From Chthoniobacterales bacterium (lineage in GTDB: Bacteria > Verrucomicrobiota > Verrucomicrobiia > Chthoniobacterales > UBA10450): a stretch of 64,000 bases of DNA. How positions within the stretch are numbered: the first letter of the stretch is position 1; every line of letters starts with the position of its first letter. Below the pieces are notes generated by a model. It saw only the letters and a program-made list of their open reading frames with translations. It ran no database searches and had not been told where the DNA came from. Positions 39,116 through 48,101 of the stretch are shown here, piece by piece. The DNA lies in assembly GCA_036385955.1 (NCBI GenBank), contig DASVJK010000015.1, positions 13,040 through 77,039 on the forward strand, in the 5' to 3' direction. Position numbers and translations under genes: made by a program.

Positions 39116-39277
39116 ATGAACGGGAAATTGTCTATCCTGCGGGAGTTTTGGAGCTTCTTGCGCGTCCGCAAGAAGTGGTGGCTCGCGCCCATCGTCATAC
39201 TTCTGCTAACGCTCGGTTTGATTCTCGTCGTGACCGAAGGCTCGGCCCTCGCGCCCTTCATCTACAGCTTGTTTTAG
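39116..39277 (+). CDS. DUF5989 (SxtK-like) small membrane protein
   Basis: The ATG at 39116 gives the 53-aa [53 protein letters not shown]. The KKWWL-TM-APFIY pattern and the position after SxtJ match DUF5989. Confidence 0.55.
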   Translation: MNGKLSILREFWSFLRVRKKWWLAPIVILLLTLGLILVVTEGSALAPFIYSLF

Positions 39278-42063
39278 CGCGCCTGCTCCGCTAGCGCCGC
39301 CTGGGCTGCGGCAAGGCGTGCGATCGGGACACGGAATGGGCTGCAACTGACATAATGCAACCCGAGGCGATGGCAAAATTTCACGCTTTCCGGTTCGCCT
39401 CCATGTTCGCCGCAAATTCCAAGCTTGATGTCGGGCCGCGTTTTGCGGCCCAGATCGCATGTGATTTCCATCAGCCGCCCCACGCCTTTCTGATCGATCG
39501 ACGCGAAGGGATTCGTCGCGACAATATCGAGCTCTGCATATGCCGGTAAGAACGTCCCGGAATCGTCACGGCTCATGCCGAGCGTCGTCTGAGTGAGATC
39601 ATTCGTTCCGAAGCTGAAGAACTGCGCGTCGCACGCGATCTCATCCGCCACGAGCGCAGCCCGCGGGATCTCGATCATCGTGCCGACGAGATAGTTAAAT
39701 TTCGTTTTCTTCGTTTTCGCCACTTCTGCGGCGATGCGATGCACGATCTCGATCTGAAGCTTGAGCTCACGCGGGAAGCCGACGAGCGGAATCATGATTT
39801 CCGGCCGGACTTTGATTCCTTTCTTCTGGACCTCGGCCGCGGCCTCGAAAACGGCGCGCGCCTGCATCTCGGAAATTTCGGGATAGACGATACCGAGGCG
39901 GCAGCCGCGGTGTCCGAGCATCGGATTGAATTCGTGCAGCTCGCGCACGCGACGGGAAATATTCTCGACCTTTACCCCAAGTTTATTTGCGAGCTCGAGT
40001 TGTTGCGCGTGATCGTGCGGCAAGAATTCGTGCAGCGGTGGATCAAGAAACCGGATTGTTGCCGGCAATCCCTTGAGCGCCTTAAAGATTCCGGCGAAGT
40101 CGTCACGCTGATAGGGCAGTAATTTCGAAAGCGCTTTCGCGCGGTCTTCCTTGCTCTCGGCTAAAATCATCTCGCGCATCGCGTCGATACGATCGCCTTC
40201 GAAAAACATGTGCTCGGTCCGGCACAGACCAATTCCCTGGGCGCCGAAGGCGAGCGCGTGCTCGACCTGTTCCGGCGTGTCCGCGTTCGTGCGCACGTCG
40301 AGCCTGCGCAGCCGCTCGACCCAGCTCATCAATTTTTCGTATTGGCGATACGTCGCGCTCTTCTTGCCGTCGAGCGATCGATCAATCAGCACCTGCACGA
40401 TTTCCGAAGGCGCAGTCGTGACCTCGCCGGCAAAGACCTCGCCCGAAGCCCCATCGATCGAAATGTAATCGCCCTCTTTGAGCAGGGCGCCACCAGCCTT
40501 TAGCGTCCGCTTGCTGTAATCGATCTCGATGCCGGACGCGCCGCAGACACAAACTTTTCCCATCTGCCGCGCGACCAGGGCCGCATGCGATGAAACGCCG
40601 CCGCACGAAGTAAGAATTCCTTCCGCTGCGATCATCCCGCGGAGGTCTTCCGGGGAAGTTTCAATTCGCGCCAGCACCACTTTCTCACCTTTGTCCGCGC
40701 GCCGCACAGCTTCTTCCGCGCTGAAAACGACATGCCCCGACGCCGCGCCGGGTCCGGCGGCCAGGCCGCTCGCGATTTTTTTCGCGGCGCGGATTGATTT
40801 CCGGTCGAAGATCGGCGCGAGCAGGTGCGCGAGCGAATCCGCCGGGATGCGTTTCACCGCGTCTTCTTTAGAGATCAGTTTCTCCTCGACCATTTCGACG
40901 GCAATGCGCACCGCCGCGAGGCCGGTCCGTTTCCCGTTGCGCGTTTGCAGGATGTAGAGCCGGTTGTCTTCGACCGTGAACTCGAGGTCCTGCATGTCCT
41001 TGAAATGGCTCTCGAGCAACGCGCGAACCTTCATGAGGTCTTTGTGCGCGGCCGACATTTCTTTCGCGAGGTGCGCGATCGGGTGAGGTGTACGCACGCC
41101 GGCGACCACGTCTTCCCCTTGAGCGTTGATCAGATACTCGCCGTAAAACACTTTCTCACCGCTGGCCGGATCGCGCGTAAAGGCAACGCCGGTTGCGCTC
41201 GTTTCCCCCATGTTGCCGAAGACCATTGTCTGCACGTTGACTGCCGTGCCCCATTCGTGCGGGATTCCGTACTTCCGGCGGTAAACGTTCGCGCGATCGT
41301 TATGCCATGAACCAAAGACCGCGCCGATCGCTCCCCAAAGCTGCTGGCGGGGATCTTGCGGGAACTGTTTTCCGGTCCGTTCTTTGATCAGCTCTTTAAA
41401 CCGCCTAACGAGTGTCTGGAGATCGGCGGCGGTGAGCTTCGTGTCGGCGAACTGGTGGTTGCCGTAACGCTGGTCTTTCAAATGCTCGATCGCACTTTCG
41501 AACGGCTCGTGATCTTCACCGGGCCGTTTCTGCACGCCCATGACAACGTCGCCGTACATCTGCAAGAAGCGCCGGTAGGAATCCCAGGCGAACCGCGTGT
41601 TCTTCGATTTCTCCGCGACAATCTCGACGACTTCGTCGTTCATCCCGAGATTAAGGATTGTATCCATCATCCCCGGCATCGAATCGCGCGCGCCGGAGCG
41701 GACTGAAACAAGAAGCGGCCGCTCCTTATCGCCGAGTTTCTTATCGACCGATTTTTCGATCCTGGCCAGCGCGGTCTCAACCTGCGCGTTGAGTTCAGGC
41801 GGATAGGTGCGCTTGTGATCGTAAAAATAAGTGCAGACTTCAGTCGTGATCGTGAATCCCGGAGGCACGGGAAGACCGATGCGGGTCATCTCCGCGAGAT
41901 TTGCGCCTTTGCCACCGAGGAGCGGCTTCATGCTTCCAGCGCCGTCGGCCCGTCCATCGCCGAAATAATAAACAAACCGCGGTGTCTTCGCTTTCCTGGA
42001 GGTCGTTTTGGACTTCGCACGTCGCGCTGACGTGCGGGCTGAAGATTTCTTTTTGGTGGCCAT
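39274..42063 (-). CDS. ppdK: pyruvate, phosphate dikinase
   Basis: 929 aa. Motifs: [10 protein letters not shown], the phospho-His region [27 protein letters not shown] and [13 protein letters not shown]. Confidence 0.95.
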   Translation of the reverse strand: MATKKKSSARTSARRAKSKTTSRKAKTPRFVYYFGDGRADGAGSMKPLLGGKGANLAEMTRIGLPVPPGFTITTEVCTYFYDHKRTYPPELNAQVETALARIEKSVDKKLGDKERPLLVSVRSGARDSMPGMMDTILNLGMNDEVVEIVAEKSKNTRFAWDSYRRFLQMYGDVVMGVQKRPGEDHEPFESAIEHLKDQRYGNHQFADTKLTAADLQTLVRRFKELIKERTGKQFPQDPRQQLWGAIGAVFGSWHNDRANVYRRKYGIPHEWGTAVNVQTMVFGNMGETSATGVAFTRDPASGEKVFYGEYLINAQGEDVVAGVRTPHPIAHLAKEMSAAHKDLMKVRALLESHFKDMQDLEFTVEDNRLYILQTRNGKRTGLAAVRIAVEMVEEKLISKEDAVKRIPADSLAHLLAPIFDRKSIRAAKKIASGLAAGPGAASGHVVFSAEEAVRRADKGEKVVLARIETSPEDLRGMIAAEGILTSCGGVSSHAALVARQMGKVCVCGASGIEIDYSKRTLKAGGALLKEGDYISIDGASGEVFAGEVTTAPSEIVQVLIDRSLDGKKSATYRQYEKLMSWVERLRRLDVRTNADTPEQVEHALAFGAQGIGLCRTEHMFFEGDRIDAMREMILAESKEDRAKALSKLLPYQRDDFAGIFKALKGLPATIRFLDPPLHEFLPHDHAQQLELANKLGVKVENISRRVRELHEFNPMLGHRGCRLGIVYPEISEMQARAVFEAAAEVQKKGIKVRPEIMIPLVGFPRELKLQIEIVHRIAAEVAKTKKTKFNYLVGTMIEIPRAALVADEIACDAQFFSFGTNDLTQTTLGMSRDDSGTFLPAYAELDIVATNPFASIDQKGVGRLMEITCDLGRKTRPDIKLGICGEHGGEPESVKFCHRLGLHYVSCSPFRVPIARLAAAQAALAEQAR

Positions 42064-42160
42064 GGGTCAGATTGAAAAGAGGAACAACGGAGCCGAACGG
42101 ACGCAAAGCTAAGTCCCGTGCCCAAGGTGTCAACGGACGCGCGTCGAGAGGGACGTCGAC

Positions 42161-42373
42161 TCAAGCCGTCGGGGCGTGGCCACTGGTCCCGAGAACGTCG
42201 TCGATCGCTGCCGCAAAATCATTCAACCCCGTACTCGGGACAATGATCGTGTTCCGCCGGCCGTGAGCTTCCTCGGTAATTCGCAGGAATTTTCCGCGCT
42301 CGTTCTCGCGGAATTCGAAGTGAAACCGCTTCCGTTCGATTTGAACTTCCTTCGCTTCCAGAATGCTGTCCAT
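42161..42373 (-). CDS. PUR-alpha-like (DUF3276-type) small nucleic-acid-binding protein candidate
   Basis: The ATG at 42373 gives the 70-aa MDSILEAKEVQIERKRFHFEFRENERGKFLRITEE...IIVPSTGLNDFAAAIDDVL. This matches the single PUR-repeat pattern (K..f.fd...n.rG.fl.itE...i.vp..g...f...l). Confidence 0.5.
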   Translation of the reverse strand: MDSILEAKEVQIERKRFHFEFRENERGKFLRITEEAHGRRNTIIVPSTGLNDFAAAIDDVLGTSGHAPTA

Positions 42374-42467
42374 TTGAAGACCCACCTGAGTTTACAGAGG
42401 TCATCGGAAGAATTGGAAGCAAATTCTGCGCGGTTCCGCGACACAAGCTCTTTGGCGGGAGCGGCTT

Positions 42468-44669
42468 CTAACTACGCCGCGCCTGCGCGGGCCGGTTGTT
42501 ACCCCGAGTGCGCTCTTGTTTTGGCGCCGCCCCGTTCGCGATGGCAAAATCCACCTGGCGTTTAAAGATATCGACGCGCGCCACGAAAACGCGCAATTGA
42601 TCACCTACGGAAAATCGGCGTCGAGATTGCCGGCCAATGAATCGTCGCTGCGTCGGGTGGAAAACATAAAAGTCGTCTGTGAGCGAGGAAACGTGCACGA
42701 GACCGGTCAGGAGTACGTCCGGCAATTCGAGCAGGAGCCCATAATTCCGGATATCGATGACCGTCGCGCGAAAGACTTGCGGATCGCGCGCATCGAGTTG
42801 GCGCTGAAAGAACTCGAGCTTCTTCATCTTCACTGAGTCGATCTCGGCCTCAGCTGCCACGCGTTCCGTGATCGAGATATGCTCCGCGGCGGAGACCATC
42901 TGCCCCATGTCCGCGCGAGAACGGCGGGCCTGGTCGCGCTCCGCTAGAGCGCGATGCACGATCAAATCGGCGTAGCGCCGAATCGGGCTCGTGAAGTGAG
43001 TGTAATTGTTTTTCGCGAGACCGAAGTGGCCCAGCGGTTGCGCCGCATAGCGTGCGCGCTTCAAACTTTTCAGAAGTCCGATCTTGAGCGCTTGTTCTTC
43101 CGGCTTGCCGGCGAGCGAAGCGAGCAGTCGCTGCAGTTCTGAGCGATTTGTCAGGTCGCCTGCCTTGTAATTGTAGCTGAGCACGAGCTCGCGATATTCC
43201 GCCAGTTTGTCCGGCTCAGGATTTTCGTGCACGCGATAGATCGTGGGGATGGATCGGTTCTTGAGCTCACGCGCCACTGCTTCGTTCGCTGCGAGCATGA
43301 ACTCTTCGACCAATTGATGCGATTCATCGTTTTCGATGCGTTCTAGGAGGATCGGCTTGCCTTGCTCGTCCAGTCGCACTTTCACTTCTGGAAAATCGAG
43401 GTCGAGGGACCCTTGTTCGAAGCGCTTTCTGCGCAAGAGGGATGCAAGTTCCCAGGCCACATGCAGCCGTTCGCTCAACTGGTCGGTAGGCGCAGCGCGA
43501 AGAATGGCGTACGCCTCGCGATAAGTCAGGCGGCGCGTGCTGCGGATGACCGTTCTGGCAAAGCGGCTGTTCTTCGTGCGGCCATCTTTTGTGAATTGAA
43601 TGAAGACCGAATGCGTGAGGCGGTTCACTGTTGGATTCAGACTGCAAACGCCATTGCTCAACCGCTCCGGCAACATTGGTATGACGCGATCGGGGAGATA
43701 AACGCTGTTGCCGCGTTTGTAGGCTTCACGGTCCAGCGCCGCGCCCGGTTTCACGTATGCGGCAACGTCGGCGATATGCACACCGAGGCGCCAGCCGCCG
43801 CCCGGGATCCGTTCGACATTGATCGCGTCATCAAAGTCGCGCGCATCGTCGGGGTCGATCGTGACGATGAATTGGTCGCGCAGATCCTCGCGCCCCTCGA
43901 ACATCTCCTCGCCGATCGTCTCTGGTATTTTCTGCGCTTCATCGAGGACGTTTCGCGGAAATTCGGTCGGAAGATGGTACTTCCGGACGATCGACAGCAT
44001 GTCCACCCCGGGCGCGGAACTGGGCCCAAGGACTTCGATGATTTGCCCCTCCGGATTGACGTGGCGTGATTCCCACGGTTCGAGATGGACGACGACCTTA
44101 TCGCCGCGGTCCGGTGTTTTAGGCAGCGGCGGTTGCGGCGGAACCTGGACGTAAACGTTGTGGACGATGCGTGGATCATCCGGAACGACGTAAAAGAAGT
44201 TTTTCGACTGCTGCAAAGTTCCGACGAGCGAATCGTGCGCGCGTTCGAGGATGCGAATCACCCGGCCCTCAATGCGATCCCGACCGCTTTTTGCGCGTGA
44301 GTAACGTTCATCGCGGGTTATTCGCGCCACCACTTTGTCGCCGTGCATCGCCGTTCCGGTATTCTCGGCCGCGATGAAAAGATCCGGCTCTCCCGGCTTC
44401 TCCCGCGAAAGAAAGGCGTAGCCCGCCTGGTGAACATGCAACGTGCCGGTAACCAGATCGGCTTCCTGCGGGAGGACGTACCGATTCTTGCGAATGCGCG
44501 CGATCTGGCCCGATTGTTCGAGCTCACGCAGGGCTTCGTTTAATCCCATGCGGACGCCGCTTTTACGCCCGAGCACTTTCGCCATTTCCACTTTATCAAG
44601 CGGGCGGTATTTGGGCGCGGTGAGGAGGTTGAGAATCTTTTGTTTGAGTTCTTCCTTCGATTTTGTCAT
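42468..44669 (-). CDS. rnr: ribonuclease R
   Basis: 733 aa. It has N-terminal HTH/cold-shock-like regions, the RNB motifs TIDPDDARDFDDAI and YADLIVHRAL, a C-terminal S1 domain (FRATVIDIRNYGLLLEL) and a basic tail. Confidence 0.92.
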   Translation of the reverse strand: MTKSKEELKQKILNLLTAPKYRPLDKVEMAKVLGRKSGVRMGLNEALRELEQSGQIARIRKNRYVLPQEADLVTGTLHVHQAGYAFLSREKPGEPDLFIAAENTGTAMHGDKVVARITRDERYSRAKSGRDRIEGRVIRILERAHDSLVGTLQQSKNFFYVVPDDPRIVHNVYVQVPPQPPLPKTPDRGDKVVVHLEPWESRHVNPEGQIIEVLGPSSAPGVDMLSIVRKYHLPTEFPRNVLDEAQKIPETIGEEMFEGREDLRDQFIVTIDPDDARDFDDAINVERIPGGGWRLGVHIADVAAYVKPGAALDREAYKRGNSVYLPDRVIPMLPERLSNGVCSLNPTVNRLTHSVFIQFTKDGRTKNSRFARTVIRSTRRLTYREAYAILRAAPTDQLSERLHVAWELASLLRRKRFEQGSLDLDFPEVKVRLDEQGKPILLERIENDESHQLVEEFMLAANEAVARELKNRSIPTIYRVHENPEPDKLAEYRELVLSYNYKAGDLTNRSELQRLLASLAGKPEEQALKIGLLKSLKRARYAAQPLGHFGLAKNNYTHFTSPIRRYADLIVHRALAERDQARRSRADMGQMVSAAEHISITERVAAEAEIDSVKMKKLEFFQRQLDARDPQVFRATVIDIRNYGLLLELPDVLLTGLVHVSSLTDDFYVFHPTQRRFIGRQSRRRFSVGDQLRVFVARVDIFKRQVDFAIANGAAPKQERTRGNNRPAQARRS

Positions 44670-44799
44670 TTAACGCACTGTCCGTTCGCCACAGGAGCGG
44701 GAACTTCGCGTAACTTGAGGGCAAAAACGAGGGCGATGTTATGGAGCGCGCCTTAGTTTGGCTTGACCGGCCAACGCCGGAAAGATTTGTTCTAGTCCG

Positions 44800-45351
44800 A
44801 TGAAAGATTATCTGCATCGAACCGTTTGGTTCACGGCGCTATTTTCGGCAATTCTTGTGCTGCTCAACGCAGGATTTGATAAAGCATCGGCGCAGGAAGG
44901 GAAAAACATGAAGATTACGACCTCCGCGTTCCAGGAGGGCGGCAACATTCCATCGAAATTCACGTGCGATGGCGCGGACGTAAGTCCCCCGCTGCGGATC
45001 GAAGGCGCGCCGGCGAGTGCGAAAAGCCTCGTCTTGATTATGGATGATCCCGATGCGCCGGGTGGGGTGTTTACGCACTGGCTGGCCTGGAATATCGATC
45101 CGCACACAAATGAAATTCCGGAGGGCGGTGCGCGCATTATGCCAGCAAGAGGCACCAACGATTTCGGAAAGCTGGGCTACGGCGGCCCCTGTCCGCCATC
45201 TGGAACGCACCGCTACTTTTTCAAGATCTTCGCGCTTGATTTCAATCTCGATTTGAAAAGCGGCGCGAAGCGCCACGAACTCGAAAAACAAATCCACGGC
45301 CACATCATCGCGCGGGGTCAGCTGATGGGTGGCTACGCGCGCAGCCATTGA
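44800..45351 (+). CDS. YbhB/YbcL-family PEBP (Raf kinase inhibitor-like) protein, secreted
   Basis: It has a signal peptide and the PEBP motifs DDPDAPGGVFTHWL and CPPSGTHRYFFKIFALD. Confidence 0.85.
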   Translation: MKDYLHRTVWFTALFSAILVLLNAGFDKASAQEGKNMKITTSAFQEGGNIPSKFTCDGADVSPPLRIEGAPASAKSLVLIMDDPDAPGGVFTHWLAWNIDPHTNEIPEGGARIMPARGTNDFGKLGYGGPCPPSGTHRYFFKIFALDFNLDLKSGAKRHELEKQIHGHIIARGQLMGGYARSH

Positions 45352-45446
45352 CGCGCGTTCCGGCATTCGCTAAACAGTCCCGCTCCGTGAGTGCGCTGCC
45401 TTCGCCTGAACGAATCTACCGTGGCAGCCTTAAAAAATTCTCGAAA

Positions 45447-46151
45447 GTGAAACCGCTAACGCGAAAATTCCCAATTTGTAATTTCCTCGCCCTCGCCGCG
45501 GCGATTACGCTCTCCGGTTGCGTGGATCTTACCGGCCGATCCGCCGCGCAGCTTTCGCCGATGCGCGTCGCGGACAAGACGCGCTATCCGCGTGAGGGCC
45601 AGGTTTACTGCATTCTCGGCTGGCTTGGGATTTGGAGCCGCGGTATGGACGCGGTCGCGGAGCGCGCGAACAAAGAGCTGGGAGTTCACGCCACTTCACT
45701 CGCGAATCAGGAATGGACCGCGCTCGCGCAGTATGTCATCACGGAGCACAAGGCCGGCCATTGGTCCGGCCCCATCGTACTTGTTGGCCATTCCTATGGC
45801 TGCGACGATCAAATTCGGGTCTCGAAACGCTTGAACGAGCACGGCGGCATCCCGGTCGATTTGCTCCTTCTTGTCGATCCGACAACGCCACCCCCAATTC
45901 CCCCGAACGTCAGGCGCTGTGTGGATATTTACAAAAGCCATCCGGGGATGGACGCAATACCGTTCTTCCGCGGCGTCAAAGTCAGAGCGATCGATCCCGA
46001 ACGGACTAGTGTGACCAACATTGATCTCCGTCATGCGAGCGTCGGATTTTCCACCGCGATCATCGATCATTTCAATATCGCTAAAATCCCCGGCGTGCAG
46101 GACATGGTCATCACCGAAATTGCGAAAACCTGTTTGCCGCGACCGCGCTGA
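45447..46151 (+). CDS. lipoprotein, alpha/beta-hydrolase-like (GxSxG)
   Basis: The GTG at 45447 gives VKPLTRKFPICNFLALAAAITLSGC, with the lipobox LSGC. A nucleophile-elbow-like VGHSYG is present. The track's longer TTG start at 45348 is less likely. Confidence 0.5.
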   Translation: MKPLTRKFPICNFLALAAAITLSGCVDLTGRSAAQLSPMRVADKTRYPREGQVYCILGWLGIWSRGMDAVAERANKELGVHATSLANQEWTALAQYVITEHKAGHWSGPIVLVGHSYGCDDQIRVSKRLNEHGGIPVDLLLLVDPTTPPPIPPNVRRCVDIYKSHPGMDAIPFFRGVKVRAIDPERTSVTNIDLRHASVGFSTAIIDHFNIAKIPGVQDMVITEIAKTCLPRPR

Positions 46152-46754
46152 ATGATCGAGCGTTTCCCGCCGCTAGCTGCCGGTTGCTGTGTGCTGATTT
46201 ATTGGGGCGCGGTGGTGAACAAGGCGCGTCGCGCACGACATGGTGTCAATCTCATTCCCCGCGAGCGCACCGGTCGATGGTTGCGCGTGATCTGGGTTCC
46301 TGTCGTCGTCGCGTGGTGCGCACAACCGTGGCTTGCGCTGCGAACACACCCAATTTCGTGGTGGCTCCAACCCGCCGCGGGAATTGCATGGACAATCGTC
46401 GGATTTCTTGGCGCCGCGCTGTGCGTTGTCGCTACTGTCGGGTCGTTTTCCTGCTGGCGGGAAATGGGAAAATCATGGCGGCTCGGCATCAACCCGAATG
46501 AAAAAACGAAGCTTGTGTTCAGCGGACCGTATCGGTTCGTGCGCCATCCGATCTACTCCTTATCGATTCTTCTCGCCGTCGGGACACTGGCGGCGGCGCC
46601 GACACCGCTGATGCTCACGACTGCGCTCGTCCATATTTTTCTGCTGCAAATCGAAGCCCGGCGTGAAGAGAAATATCTCGTGGAAAGACACGGCGATTCC
46701 TACGCGGAGTATCAAAAACACGTGGGCCGGTTTGTTCCGCGCCACATTTCGTGA
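46152..46754 (+). CDS. isoprenylcysteine carboxyl methyltransferase (ICMT/PEMT)-family membrane methyltransferase
   Basis: It has 4-5 TM segments and the C-terminal motif FSGPYRFVRHPIYS...EARREEKYLVERHGDSYAEYQKHV. Confidence 0.75.
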   Translation: MIERFPPLAAGCCVLIYWGAVVNKARRARHGVNLIPRERTGRWLRVIWVPVVVAWCAQPWLALRTHPISWWLQPAAGIAWTIVGFLGAALCVVATVGSFSCWREMGKSWRLGINPNEKTKLVFSGPYRFVRHPIYSLSILLAVGTLAAAPTPLMLTTALVHIFLLQIEARREEKYLVERHGDSYAEYQKHVGRFVPRHIS

Positions 46755-48043
46755 GTTCTGCCAATCGCGAGTTTTTTTGCGGGCGCCGGTTGAATGATTT
46801 TCAAAGATTGATGCGCCGGTGGGCGGCGCTACACCCATACAACGCAGGCCATGTCATGCGAATCACCGGTGCAGCCAATTTGGAGCGCTGGCGCGGCGCC
46901 ATCATCGCGGTATTGCGCGAAATCGGCCTCGAAGTGCCGAAGGATTTTCCGATCGAGATCAGCTCGCTCGAATTGAACCAAAAAATCGCGGAAGAACTGA
47001 ATATGCCGTTTGCGGCCGAAAGTCTCCCGCTTCGCGCGTTCGTAGCCACGCATCCGAGCGGAGATCATTTCCTGGGGGTGATATTCGATCATTGGTTCGC
47101 CGACAGCCCATCCATTCGCCTGTTGATGCAGCGCTTTTTTTATGGCTATCGTGGTCGGGACGGCATGGAGAGTTTGCCGTCAATTCACTTCACCGAAAAA
47201 TCCGGTGAAACCTTTGGCAAGGGTAACGGCATTCTCGACGGCTTCGAGGCGTTTCTTGCGTGTGTGCGAAACTACCTGCGACACCGGCGCGCGCATCGAG
47301 TCAAACTTCGCGATCCGCTCGATTTTCGAGCCGATTTTTTTTTGATGAGTTTGCCGAATGGATTGATTCACCAAATCCGTGCTGCTGCGAAAAAATGCGA
47401 CGCCACGGTCAATGATTTGTTTCTCGCGGTCGCGGCGCAGGTTCTTGGCGAACGCACCGTGGCTGGGCGCGAGGGAAAATCGCAGCGACGTCTTCGCGCA
47501 AAACGGGATCGCGTCGGTCTCGCGGCGGCGGTTGATCTTCGTCCGCTTGCGGGCGGGGCACTCGACGATGTCTTCGGATTTTTTCTCAGTTATTTCACCG
47601 TCGTTCTAGCTTCTCCCGAGCGACGTCAATTAACGGAACTCGTGGCCGCAATCGCGCATCATACCGGCGCAATCAAGTCGAAAGCATACGCGATTCGATT
47701 CATCCTGAGCCTGCGCATCGCGCGTCTCGCTTGGGACGCTTTTCGTAAACCGCGCTCGAAAGCGCAGCTGTTTCAAAAAGGGCTACCGCTTCTCGCGGGT
47801 ATATCGAACGTCAATCTAACCGGTTCGTGGATTGACCGCGCCGAAGCACTCAGGGATGGCTCTCCCCGCTTGGTTGATTACTTTCGCGTTTCTCCCGTCG
47901 GACCGCTCTTACCGCTCGTCTTTACGCTGAGCACAATTCGCGACCGGTTAACGCTGGGGCTGACTTTTCGGACAACGGCATTCTCTCGAAGCGAAGCGAA
48001 GCAAATAGGGAGTGAATTCGCGGTGCGGTTATTGAAGATTTAG
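46751..48043 (+). CDS. stand-alone condensation-domain / CoA-dependent acyltransferase-superfamily protein
   Basis: The GTG overlaps the upstream TGA (GTGA). The N-terminal pattern HPYNAGHVMRITGAANLERWRGAI and the HxxxD-type motif in VIFDHWFADSPS resemble the HHxxxDG motif of C-domains, PapA5 and WS/DGAT. Confidence 0.5.
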   Translation: MSSANREFFCGRRLNDFQRLMRRWAALHPYNAGHVMRITGAANLERWRGAIIAVLREIGLEVPKDFPIEISSLELNQKIAEELNMPFAAESLPLRAFVATHPSGDHFLGVIFDHWFADSPSIRLLMQRFFYGYRGRDGMESLPSIHFTEKSGETFGKGNGILDGFEAFLACVRNYLRHRRAHRVKLRDPLDFRADFFLMSLPNGLIHQIRAAAKKCDATVNDLFLAVAAQVLGERTVAGREGKSQRRLRAKRDRVGLAAAVDLRPLAGGALDDVFGFFLSYFTVVLASPERRQLTELVAAIAHHTGAIKSKAYAIRFILSLRIARLAWDAFRKPRSKAQLFQKGLPLLAGISNVNLTGSWIDRAEALRDGSPRLVDYFRVSPVGPLLPLVFTLSTIRDRLTLGLTFRTTAFSRSEAKQIGSEFAVRLLKI

Positions 48044-48101
48044 ACTGCGGCGGGTCGCCGCTAGCTTCGAATAAACCGTTCCGTGTGATAGTCTCACCTG
48101 C

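Noticed and set aside
7163-39277. The EPS locus as a horizontally acquired genomic island.
   Set aside because: There is no integrase, transposase, tRNA attachment site or flanking direct repeat. By eye, the composition is similar to that of the housekeeping flanks.
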